64,000 nt of DNA from Schizochytrium sp. TIO01 (lineage: Eukaryota > Protista > Bigyra: Labyrinthulomycetes). The notes under the pieces are model-generated. The model had not been told where the DNA came from and did not search any database. It saw only the letters and a list, made by a program, of their open reading frames with translations. Each line of letters opens with the position of its first letter. Positions within the stretch are counted from its first letter, which is position 1. The stretch covers positions 558,001 to 622,000 of the forward strand of contig SMSO01000035.1 in assembly GCA_004764695.1 (NCBI GenBank), written 5' to 3'. This document shows positions 48,766-59,000 of the stretch, in pieces. Both the position numbers and the translations under genes were made by a program.

Positions 48766-49126
48766 CAATACTTGTTCTATGTCTGACATAGAATTCTGCT
48801 GGAGAGCAACTGATAACACCATTTCGCCTACTTCTACAGCCTCGCTAGAATCGCCGCAACGGCATCAATACAGTAAGTCACGACTCCCAGAACTTCTACA
48901 AACTCGTTTAGTTGGACAGCATGAATGCGTGGGCAAGTTCAAGAAGAGGGGAGCCTGCATTATGTGTTGTGTTGATTGCGAACGGGGATCGGCGCCAGAC
49001 CATCCATATCGTAATCCACGGAAGACCACTCGATGGTGCCAAACTTGCAATGCTTACATTTGTAAGCATTGCAATATCAAATTTCATAGCGAGGAGCAAA
49101 TTACGATTCCTCATTTCCATACATAA
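48743..49126 (+). CDS. Cys-rich C-terminal domain of the piggyBac-like transposase (in the +1 frame relative to the main ORF)
   Basis: RGACIMCC...RKTTRWCQTCNAYICKHCNIKFH matches the piggyBac C-terminal zinc-binding pattern and overlaps the 3' end of the main ORF. Confidence 0.75.
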   Translation: MESLYPFDNTCSMSDIEFCWRATDNTISPTSTASLESPQRHQYSKSRLPELLQTRLVGQHECVGKFKKRGACIMCCVDCERGSAPDHPYRNPRKTTRWCQTCNAYICKHCNIKFHSEEQITIPHFHT

Positions 49127-50166
49127 AAATTATCCACACAAAAAATTGATATTACATTTAGCCTATATAAAATCTTCATTTATCGCGAAATCTTCATCTA
49201 TAGATGTTTCTCCGACTTGAGCAACGCAAAAATAAACTACTATTGTTTATATTAACTAAACTATTACAATAACCAAAATACCCAAACTCTTATAAGTTTT
49301 TGCAAAGTTTAGCTTTTAAGGACGTATTAATTACGTCCTTTAAATCTAAAGGCCTATTTGCCCTATTAGGCCGTTTTATCGGGGTTGTGAGCCAGTTTTG
49401 GACAAGTAGCGTGAGCTCAATACGCTTGCTTCTGCAAATAAATCGTGCTCAATTTAGGAAAACAGTTGTTTCAACATGATCATACAATCCAATTTACGAT
49501 TTTAGATCTTTATAGGGGTTTTCGGTGATTTTAGTCAAAAATAGTTTACGGACATAATTTGGGACATTTTGGATATAGCCAATTTTTTTAAAAAAAATAT
49601 AAAATTTTTAAGATATAAATTAAATTTTAAAATAGCTTCTTCTTCAAGTTTTTTCAAGTGATTGTATGGTTTGGGCTTGAATTTTGGCCGACTCAGAAGA
49701 CTGATAAAGGTTGTTCCCTCTGACTGTTGATATGGCTCACTGAGTGATTGTTATTATTTCTTTCAAGATAAAAATATTTTAACACATCACTTCAGAGTAG
49801 TACTATTAAACCTCGTATTTTGTAGGTCCCCGGCCTAAGTAATCAATGAGTGCTTGGGCTTGAGCTTTTATCCAATCCAAAAGATGTAACTGGCTAGTGA
49901 GAGTCCAACACACATTCAACCTACTAAAAGACTATTTTAAATTTCCAACAATTATAAAAACTAGAGATTAGATAGGTAGGTACCTCCTACCTACTTATCT
50001 ACCTAACTAAAACTATATTTACATTACTATGTATACTTCTTCTTCTTCTTCTTCGAGAAATAAAAAAGAAAGATATAAACTTGTTATAAGCGGTGCTCAA
50101 ACATCCTCGTGAAGAAGCTTGTTGTTGAGCTTAGCTTCGCTTGGGGCTGATACTCTAGCTACGACG

Positions 50167-52626
50167 ATGGTTGAAGGTCAAGAGATAAAAGTTCTACGGG
50201 TAGCAGTTCTTGTCTGCGAAGATACAGAAGAATGGAATGACCTTGGATCGATCTGGGCGAAGGCCATCTTTGGTGGTTCCGACTTAACAGACCTAAACGA
50301 GGAAACCCAGCATAATACTCCTGTGCAAGTTCGCCACGGTGGACAGGATAATGCAAGTAGCTTGCTTAGTCATCTCCATGCCAAGGACCAACAAGAAGGT
50401 CTCGTCTCGAACAATGATTCGGATAAATGCCACAGTGGCTTGAACTCAGTACATGAAGTGATATTTTTTAACGCTTTCGAACGAGAGCTACCGCGAAAGG
50501 ATCTATTATTTCGCTCAGGTCAGGATGGTGGCATTGATGTGGTCATCATAACGGGCTCAAGACACTCCGTTAATGATCCAGAGCAAGCAGAATGGGTTAA
50601 CCCACTTGAAGATCTTGTACGGCTTCTGGTTAAAGGTCGCCCAAACGGAACAAATGAGACAATGCTTGCACGACCACGCATTGTTGCGGGTTGTTTTGGT
50701 TGTCAGCTCGTAGCACGGGCTCTCGGAGGGCAGGTTGCTCCAAATCCTGATGGGAAATTTGTATTTGGGGCAGAGACAATTGTTCCTTCTCCAGCTATGA
50801 GCCTTTTCCCTTGGGCTCCGATCCAGGCTAACCCAATGAGAATCCTCGAATCGCATGGTGAGTGCGTTGAAAGCTTACCACCCGGCGCTGTCCTTCTTGC
50901 TAGTTCTAAGTCTTGCAAGCACGAGATATTTTACGTGCCTGTTCTTGCAGAAGGGACATCATTTGGTGGGAGCGGAGGCATCCTTGCCATGCAAAGTCAC
51001 CCAGAGTTTGAGCTCATTCACATGTTTGATCGAATTCTTCCGTCAATCGATGCCGCTGGCCTCCTAAGCGCTATGGAAGCTTCCACTGGTATTTCGTCCA
51101 TGGAAGAAGAACCTCTTGATGATGACCGGCTTCTTGGTCTCATTCGTAGTTTTATTCAAGGCGAGCGCATTGATATTATGAAGCATTTCTCAACAAACGA
51201 TTCACCGGAGCTTCTTGATATAATCAGTAGTATGCGAGAATCATTCCGGGATGAAATAGCTCGAGTGACGAGTACATACGAGGCGACATTAGCCAACCTT
51301 CGTGCAAGGAGTTCGCTAGACGGGAACGACGATGGCGTTGACAATGTCTATAATACTTACTCACAGGAAAGCGATGTAAACCAATATGCTTTAGCGGAAG
51401 CGCTTTTGCGAGGCGAAGCCAAGCTTCCTGGTGCTCTAGGTAGCCAATTTCCACCGGGTCTTGGCCACCGGGCAGCTATGATACATGTCAACAATACTTC
51501 CCTTGTTCCTCCATTCTCGGACCAGAACGAAAATGTTCAAACCTACTCAGGCATCCATAGTATGAATATATTGTGCTGTGCGGGAGCTTTTTTCAACTCC
51601 TTTCAACGACCATTACTGCTTAGTGGAGCTGCAGATAAATTACTATGCATCGTGGATCCCAGCACAGGCCAAATGCCGGTTGCTCCATATGTTTGCTCAG
51701 CACCAGTTTTGTGTATACGAATCCGTCCAGGTTTTGAGACAGGTGATCACGTTCTCGTCGCATGCATGGATGGGAAGATTGAATTTTTGCACATAGTTTC
51801 AAAATCAGCCATCTCGAAAGAAGAGAGTTTTAAGCCAGACAAGCAAATAGCGAACTCGAGTTCAAATTATAGTTGGGCAAGCTGGGAATCTTCAGATCAA
51901 ATACAGAACCATGGGAAAATGGCCACTGCCCTGGCATGGTCCATTGATGGGCAATGGTTTGCAACTGCTGGACGCGATAACAAAGTACATGTCTACACAT
52001 TCAATCAAACTGGAGATATCGTACATTCTCAGACGATGCAATGTGCGGATTGCCCTGAAGCTTTGACTTTTGTCCCATGTTTTGGGAGCACCTGCCTCGC
52101 AGTAGCTGTGCGAGGCGAATTTCGCATGCAATATTTATGTGTTGCAAGAGTTGAGCCCCAAGCAACTCTCCCTGTTGGCAGTATCGTTCGTGTGAACATG
52201 AACGCAAAGGGAGACGATTTTGTATCGTTTACGGTGCTGGATATGGCATGTGCACCCGGGGGTGTGCCAATTCTTGCAGTTGCCACTGATAAAAGTCGAA
52301 TAATTCTTTTCAAAGCGGGATCTTCACAACAGCTGCGAAATCTCTATGGCCACACGTGCACAGAATTTTCCCGCTCAAGAATTGCCTGGGATCCATCCGG
52401 ACGGTTTTTGATTTCTAACTCTGAAGGTAACTCAGCTATCGTGGTTTGGGATGTGGTTACTGGTGAGAAAATTCAAGAATTACACGGTCACACACAGTCG
52501 GTGCGTGACGTTGCTATCCTGAATACCAATTGCGGGGTGTTATCATATAATGTTCTATCCTGTTCATTCGATAAAACTATTCAACTGCATCCACTTCAGG
52601 AGTCTAACATACCACCCTTAGAATAA
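50167..52626 (+). CDS. Class I glutamine amidotransferase-like domain fused to WD40 repeats
   Basis: VIITGS, nucleophile AGCFGCQLVARALGG, ESHGECV and QSHPEF, followed by WD40 repeats (FATAGRDNKVHVY, LYGH...VVWDV, LHGHTQSVRDV...SCSFDKTI). First ATG at 50167; the ORF is open from 50119. Confidence 0.85.
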   Translation: MVEGQEIKVLRVAVLVCEDTEEWNDLGSIWAKAIFGGSDLTDLNEETQHNTPVQVRHGGQDNASSLLSHLHAKDQQEGLVSNNDSDKCHSGLNSVHEVIFFNAFERELPRKDLLFRSGQDGGIDVVIITGSRHSVNDPEQAEWVNPLEDLVRLLVKGRPNGTNETMLARPRIVAGCFGCQLVARALGGQVAPNPDGKFVFGAETIVPSPAMSLFPWAPIQANPMRILESHGECVESLPPGAVLLASSKSCKHEIFYVPVLAEGTSFGGSGGILAMQSHPEFELIHMFDRILPSIDAAGLLSAMEASTGISSMEEEPLDDDRLLGLIRSFIQGERIDIMKHFSTNDSPELLDIISSMRESFRDEIARVTSTYEATLANLRARSSLDGNDDGVDNVYNTYSQESDVNQYALAEALLRGEAKLPGALGSQFPPGLGHRAAMIHVNNTSLVPPFSDQNENVQTYSGIHSMNILCCAGAFFNSFQRPLLLSGAADKLLCIVDPSTGQMPVAPYVCSAPVLCIRIRPGFETGDHVLVACMDGKIEFLHIVSKSAISKEESFKPDKQIANSSSNYSWASWESSDQIQNHGKMATALAWSIDGQWFATAGRDNKVHVYTFNQTGDIVHSQTMQCADCPEALTFVPCFGSTCLAVAVRGEFRMQYLCVARVEPQATLPVGSIVRVNMNAKGDDFVSFTVLDMACAPGGVPILAVATDKSRIILFKAGSSQQLRNLYGHTCTEFSRSRIAWDPSGRFLISNSEGNSAIVVWDVVTGEKIQELHGHTQSVRDVAILNTNCGVLSYNVLSCSFDKTIQLHPLQESNIPPLE

Positions 52627-52868
52627 TGATAATTCAATCAGTCAAAGTTTATCCAAGCTTTTATCACGTGATCATGGTGCCATATTCTGCGCATTGTTGT
52701 AGTTTTCCTTTTCATTCTTGCAATATATATATATATATATATACTTATGTTATCGTATTAGGTCGAATATGTTGTCACCGATGAGAAGGTTCTAAATTGC
52801 TTTTATCTCCAGTAGGTTGGCACTGGAACTTTAATAAGTTAAACCTGAGAGAAGTTTTCCTACTCACC

Positions 52869-53327
52869 TCAAAGAATTACACAACATATCTGGTCCCCGC
52901 TTTTTGCTAATTCTTTTAATGGCTGATCCCCGACAATACCAGCAGAACGGAGAATTGGCATTACGTCCCGGCTGTCTGTTTCATTTTTCCATGGGCGAGG
53001 TATGTCGCTTTCTCCATCCGGCAGCATTGCCTCAAACAATTGAAGTTTACTATCTTTTCTAACAAATACTCCAGATTCGCTGACTAATGTCGAGGAGGAA
53101 TCTGGCTTCGTTATCTTATGCATTACGGAGCGCGGTGATCGTAACTCAACTTTAGCTATCAAGTCGCGTCTTTGAGCAAAATTTAATGGCTCATCCTTTT
53201 CTTCTTCATTCAAACTTCCCGCATCAGAATCAGATTCGCTTTGGTCTGCTTCATCATCGTCAAGGCGAAAAACCCCAACACCGTCAGAATGTAGGGAATC
53301 TTGCCTTTCGCTCAATAGTGATGTCAT
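52869..53327 (-). CDS. Small acidic hypothetical protein with C-terminal CaaX motif (CCVIL)
   Basis: 152-aa ATG-initiated ORF ending ...QICCVIL*. Confidence 0.65.
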   Translation of the reverse strand: MTSLLSERQDSLHSDGVGVFRLDDDEADQSESDSDAGSLNEEEKDEPLNFAQRRDLIAKVELRSPRSVMHKITKPDSSSTLVSESGVFVRKDSKLQLFEAMLPDGESDIPRPWKNETDSRDVMPILRSAGIVGDQPLKELAKSGDQICCVIL

Positions 53328-55008
53328 TTTAGCCCACCTCTCCCTCCCTTGGCAATTTCGTCTTTGAGGAAAAGAAAAACAAATCGCTTTATCAAACTTG
53401 AAGTCAAGAGCAAGAGCCTATGTGGTCTTCTTCGCTTCCAGAAACTAGACGATCCAGCTGAATAGGTGTTTGCTGTGCCTCCTAAAGGTTTGTTCAAGTT
53501 AATGCTCCTCTGTAAAAAACCATAGCTTTAAATTGCACTTGGACTATGGATAGGTTGTTAGTTCTATACTGATCATATAGTGACATTGGGAGATGGGCTG
53601 TACGATATGTTGTAGTATAATGTCTCTTAAATGATTCAAAGCACACAAGCCTGGTCAGATAACTGAGTCATAGATCCCGCGCCTCTCATCTAGGGACTGG
53701 ACAGAATCCTGGTAAGAGAAACTTTGGGTTTTAAATGTTAAGGTTAGCGTCAAGATGTGAACCAGGGAACAAACTATTAGTCGGATGGATAGGCTATGCA
53801 GAGATCTCTTAGATCATGAAACACCAAATGGTGTTGGATGTTCTTGGAGTTTGCAATTGAATTCGTAAAGTTATGCTTTTCAGGGGAAGTGCCTTTCTTA
53901 TTCAGAGATGGATATAATCAGTTATATAATTTGTGTGTGCCTATGTACAGAGTTTCTGCGCTGCTACACTGAGTCCATTTTTGCGGGACAGTGTGTGCTG
54001 TACTGCGGTATTGACTTTTGAAACTTGCTTGTATAAAAATTACAATATAAAAATGTTGGAGAGAGAGTAGGCTAGGTTATCTTGTAGCAAAGTTGGTAGG
54101 CTTAAATAGTTACCTACGGTCATATCCTAGTTAACACCTGATGGTAGACTATGTCTACCCGAGAATTGAAGCTTTCTCACAAGCAAGTGATCAGCATTGA
54201 AGTCTATCCCCATACATGCTGTCAATGATTGATACAAATAAGATCTCAAAACAATGGATGTGGATAGTGCAGCATGTGTGGTTTAATCACATATCTATCT
54301 ACCTTCTGACTCATAAGAACTAACTTTTTTACTTTTGAGTAAATATCAAAATGGAAAGCAAGGAAACCTCACTGCTTTCTTGCAGCTTGTAATTTAACAT
54401 ATTCGAACACTACAAATCTACGGCACCGTTCTTGCATCATGATAAAAATAGTTCTAACTACGTGCAACCATGTCTTATCCTACAAAGTTCTTACCTATAA
54501 ACGCTGTCTTACCTTCCTTGTTAAAGTGCACACATAATACTCGCATCTATTTACACAGAGAAGAAAATATGTCAACGGATGTATTGAAACTTTGTATTCT
54601 TCAATAAGCAGGTAGATGGGATAACTAGCAGATCCTTTTTTGTATACGGTGACCTTATAGAGTTTTTTTATTTATTTAAATAAAGCCTTTGGTAGTACCT
54701 ATCTACTATGTATCTAAGTGTTTCTACTCCCTCTTCGGCATTTCTTTTTTAAAATTATGTATTACTTTTTAAAATAGCTTGGCTGATTTGTTGAATCATA
54801 ATGTAAAGTGTGTACCAAGCATAACGAGAGATTGTTGAATCTAACACAATTAAACTATGATAGAATGGATGCTTATTGCTAACTATACTCACCATCAAGT
54901 AAAACTGCAACCTCTTACAAGAGCAAATGCAGTTCTGCATGTTGCTCCTTATTTCATAAGTGGCAACTTACCGTCTGCAACAAGTTTTGACTATTGTAGA
55001 TTGATAGA

Positions 55009-55668
55009 ATGGACGGAAGCATTGTGCAGAGCGGTGATGCTCGTGAGACTAATGCACGAATTACAGCTTGTGCAGAGTCGGGTAAAGACGAATTGAATCT
55101 GGCTAGCCTCAACTTGGAGCTCTTCCCTGGGGATGTCTTTGGCGTTTGCTTTATCCGTACATTGAATCTACGGGGAAACAAATTGGAATACCTGCCCAAA
55201 ACAATGGACCTCCTGACAAACCTCGAGATTTTAAACATATCAGAGAATTCTTTGAGAGCTCTCCCTGACACACTTGGCAATTGCTCGAAGTTATGGAAAC
55301 TACAACTGCAGCACAACAAGCTTACTGAGTTACCAGATTCGATACGTAATCTTTCAAATTTGCGTGAGCTTTACATCAACTATAATCGTTTAACTGTTTT
55401 GTGTGATGGTGTCACAGAGCTTGTGCAGCTTGAATCATTGGATGCGCGACACAATTCTATCGAATCTTTACCACAAAACTTTTCTACAAAATCACTTCCA
55501 AACCTCCGCATGGTCAATCTGGAATTCAATCCGCTGCCGACAATGCCTTGGTCCATTCAATGCCTACAAGATATGTTCCCAGTTTTGACGAATGCAGAAG
55601 AACGGCGTCGCCTGGTGAAAAGGAGCCTGCGAACACGAAAGAGGGTTGCAGAGCGACTTCTTGTCTAA
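55009..55668 (+). CDS. Leucine-rich repeat protein
   Basis: About six 23-aa LxxLxLxxNxLxxLP repeats. Confidence 0.9.
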   Translation: MDGSIVQSGDARETNARITACAESGKDELNLASLNLELFPGDVFGVCFIRTLNLRGNKLEYLPKTMDLLTNLEILNISENSLRALPDTLGNCSKLWKLQLQHNKLTELPDSIRNLSNLRELYINYNRLTVLCDGVTELVQLESLDARHNSIESLPQNFSTKSLPNLRMVNLEFNPLPTMPWSIQCLQDMFPVLTNAEERRRLVKRSLRTRKRVAERLLV

Positions 55669-56031
55669 GTCATTCTCTGAAACCCAATTGCAATAGAAGC
55701 TATTGACTAATAGAGTAAGTACACACAATTAACTCGGGTTATCATCATGAGCAATATCTGAAATCATTTAATAGATTTTTTTTAGTTCTTTTCTTGGTAG
55801 ACTATTCGGAACTATCGATTTGCTCGCATAACCTTACTTTTTCCAATTTCTACTTGCTGAGTCTCTCTCCATCAAGCTTACGAACTATTTGATTTTTCGA
55901 AAATTATACAATATTTCATTTTTATAGATGTAAAACAAAATTTTGGGTAGTCCTAGCGAAAACTCATTTAATCTTGATCATTCACTATCTAGAAACAAGT
56001 TTTTCGTTAACAACATGACAAGATTAGTTGC

Positions 56032-59000
56032 TCATGACTCGCCTTTCTTTGTTGTGTTAACCAAAACTTTCATATGTGTTTCGACACCATCAAAAATAAC
56101 CTGTACATCTTCGAGAAGCTGCTTTGCTTTCTCCTCGATTTGTTCACCAGACAAGCTCTGAATGAAGCACATATCTACAGAAGTAGATGCTTGCTGAGAT
56201 ATTGTAGGGCAATATGCCCGAATATGGACACCGCGCAAGTTACTTTCATTGTCCTTGTCAACAAGTGCATGTCCTGTGAGAACAGTGTACATGCCACTAA
56301 GCTTCGCAACCTTTTTCGCCAGCAATCTTCCGCTAACCACGCTAGGCAAAATAAAAAGTTTATTGTTGTTTGTTGCGTTGTCTGGCGATGTGGGTTCTTG
56401 GTACGGATGGTGGTCGGATCCTTGAATATCTTCAATGGTAATTCCTACCCCAGACTCAACCATACGCTGGAGATGAGCATCTGCTTGCTCAGTCGGATCT
56501 AAGCCCTCGAGTATTGCAACAATCGCAGTCTGCTTTTCAATTTGGTCATACATATGTTTTATGATCAGTTTTGACCGAAGTAAGTCAACAAGTAACTGCT
56601 TGGTGATCAAAGATTTCTTTTCTCCTTCAAGAGCAGCTTCCAGGATTGGTGCGGTCTCTTTAACAATAGGGATGCGTATATGAGCCTTAAGGCCAAGTCC
56701 TGGCTCATATACCTGCACCCAGAGGGCCATCAGAGAGGATTGACCAGATTGATCAGTCACCACACCTTGGTCCTTTTCTTCTTTTTGTAATTTACTACCC
56801 ACGTCCGATTCAGCAGTTTTTGGAACAAGCTGAGCAGAAACGATGACAGAAACATTATTCGCAGTGAATATTCCCGTTGAGAAAAGTTTTTTGACTCGAT
56901 TTTGAGCATTTGTTGAAACACTTCGAACGGGTGGTGGTGCTGAAAATAGTTTCTCTCGTCGAAGCTTGGTCCATGGTAGAAGGAGAACATCAGGGATCTG
57001 GGGATCAAGATTACGACGTATCCGAAGAAGAGGAATCAACACCCGGAGCATGTCTTGACGACGGTGAACGTCGAGCATAAGACGGTCACCCTCAAGTGCT
57101 TCAATCAGATCTGGTCCGCGCAACTGAAGCAACAAATTTGTTTGCCTTAGGGGATTGTATGCATAAATCCTCAAGCCTGGCGCCCGACCGCCTCCTTGCT
57201 CCTTGTATAAATCGTCCATATCACTTTCAAAAAATGACACAATGTTGAGCTCAACAATATTTGAAGTGGTCTCATGTAGGATCGGAATAGAAACACCCAT
57301 GCTGAGGAGTTTAAATCCTCTCTCCTGCGACACATCATGTTGTTGACTAGGAAGAATAAGAACAGTCCCATCCTTCTCAGAACCAGATTCTGTAATTTTA
57401 CTATTGTTTGCTTCAAGGTCTGCAAATTGACTCTTGTTGATTGGAGTGACTTTGTCAATGGTAAAAAGACGAGATTTTGCAATGCATAATTTGAGGGTTT
57501 CAGAGCTCGGGTCGACAAATAATCGTTCCTGGAGGAGGAAACGAATTAACTCATTTTCTTTGTCTTTGCCAAGCAGATCTTGTTTAGACCCCACTGCACT
57601 ACGCAGCAGGTCAACGCTGTCTAGAATTATAGCAGAGCGGTTCTCAGTGGCAGGTTCATATGCATCAAGACGGTAAGAGAACTGGGGAACCACGGCATGA
57701 CTAAACATGTTGTCCATAGATATAGAAAGAGCCTCTTGTCGCCACACCTCAAAGACAACGTATCTTCCCTCGTTCTGGCCAATTTTGTGGCCATGACGAT
57801 ATACAAGCTCGCCAGATGGCTTGGAAGATCTTTCGCCAACGGGAATACTTCTGGTAGCATCTAGATTTTCCACCACTACCTCCGCAGAGATCACATCTGG
57901 GAGCAACGACATTGCAAAAGGCTGCTGCCCTCCGGTCGACTTGGCTGCACTCTCAGATTTACCCGATTCTCGATCTGGAAGTTTTGTTTCGGCACTACTG
58001 ACTATAGTGTTTGTTTCAACATGAAGTGCCACCAACCGCGCTGGATCGCCTGTATTGGCTGATCCATTGTTTCTATCTAATTCTGTGGCCCCTGTCTTCG
58101 TCAAGGTAGACTCGGTTGGAATGGAAGTAGCGCTTGTTTCCTCAAGGCGCAGTGTAGCCGCAAGATTCATAAAACAAGACTCGGTGCACTCAAACACCGC
58201 ATTTTGTCCAAGTAGTTGTTCGACTTGAGCTTCAGAAAGACCGAGACGGTATCTAGTTCCAGTGACCCTATCATAAGCAAGAATATCAAGCAGTTCACTT
58301 GATGCAGTATCTTGACGAAAGTTCGCGAGTAATGTGTCATCAGCAAGGTCATCTTCGTAGAAGCGTTCATCATCCTGACCCTGAATTCGGATTAGCGTCG
58401 GTGAAATACAGAACTCAAGAACCAGCAGAGGCCCTCGAGGTTTACTCGGGTCATTATCAGGAGAGGATTCCAGCCTCAGAACTCTACTTGTGAGCTTGTG
58501 AATACTTTTATCGAGTACAGCTATACGTTCATCAGTTTCAGATGACTCTGAGGACCCACTCATAGTTCGTCCAAATCGAGAGATGCTGTTTGGTTTATGT
58601 AAGTGCAGACGGCCGAAGAGTCGCTCAAGCCACCCGGCCCGGTCGCCTTCATTCAAAGTCCCTAAAAGTAGCATACGAGCTCTAGCAGATAACAAAAACT
58701 CTGAACGATAACTTGTAGGAGGGTAGTATGTTACAACGCGTAAAGCTTTTGTTGCAGAAGCAACATGAACAGAGACAACATGTTTTTTCCCAGACAAAGA
58801 AATGCTTCCCTCAAATATCTTTCTACCTGGTACCACGCCATGGTGAACCAGAAGATCTGATGGACGACGAGAAGTCGCTCGTCGTAGCATAAGACGGTCG
58901 ACAATATGGAGCATCATCTTGTTTCCTCGTTTGGACAATAGGTCCCTACGCTCTCGGCTTGATGATGTCAAACTACAAATTTTTTCGACTAGTTCAGAGC

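Larger units (their letters stand above)
38250..49830. mobile_element. Putative composite or adjacent DNA transposon block with two divergent DDE transposase genes; ends not defined
   Basis: Two head-to-head transposase ORFs fill the gap between divergent host genes (starts at 37841 and 50167). No convincing TIR or TSD was found, so the coordinates are approximate. Confidence 0.6.

Noticed and set aside
44227-50100. Canonical piggyBac termini (TTAA-CCY...RGG-TTAA)
   Set aside because: None of the TTAA sites on either side of the gene form a matching TIR pair.
53400-54900. Possible pseudogene or element fragment upstream of the LRR gene
   Set aside because: Mixed composition, but no ORF or motif that can be supported.
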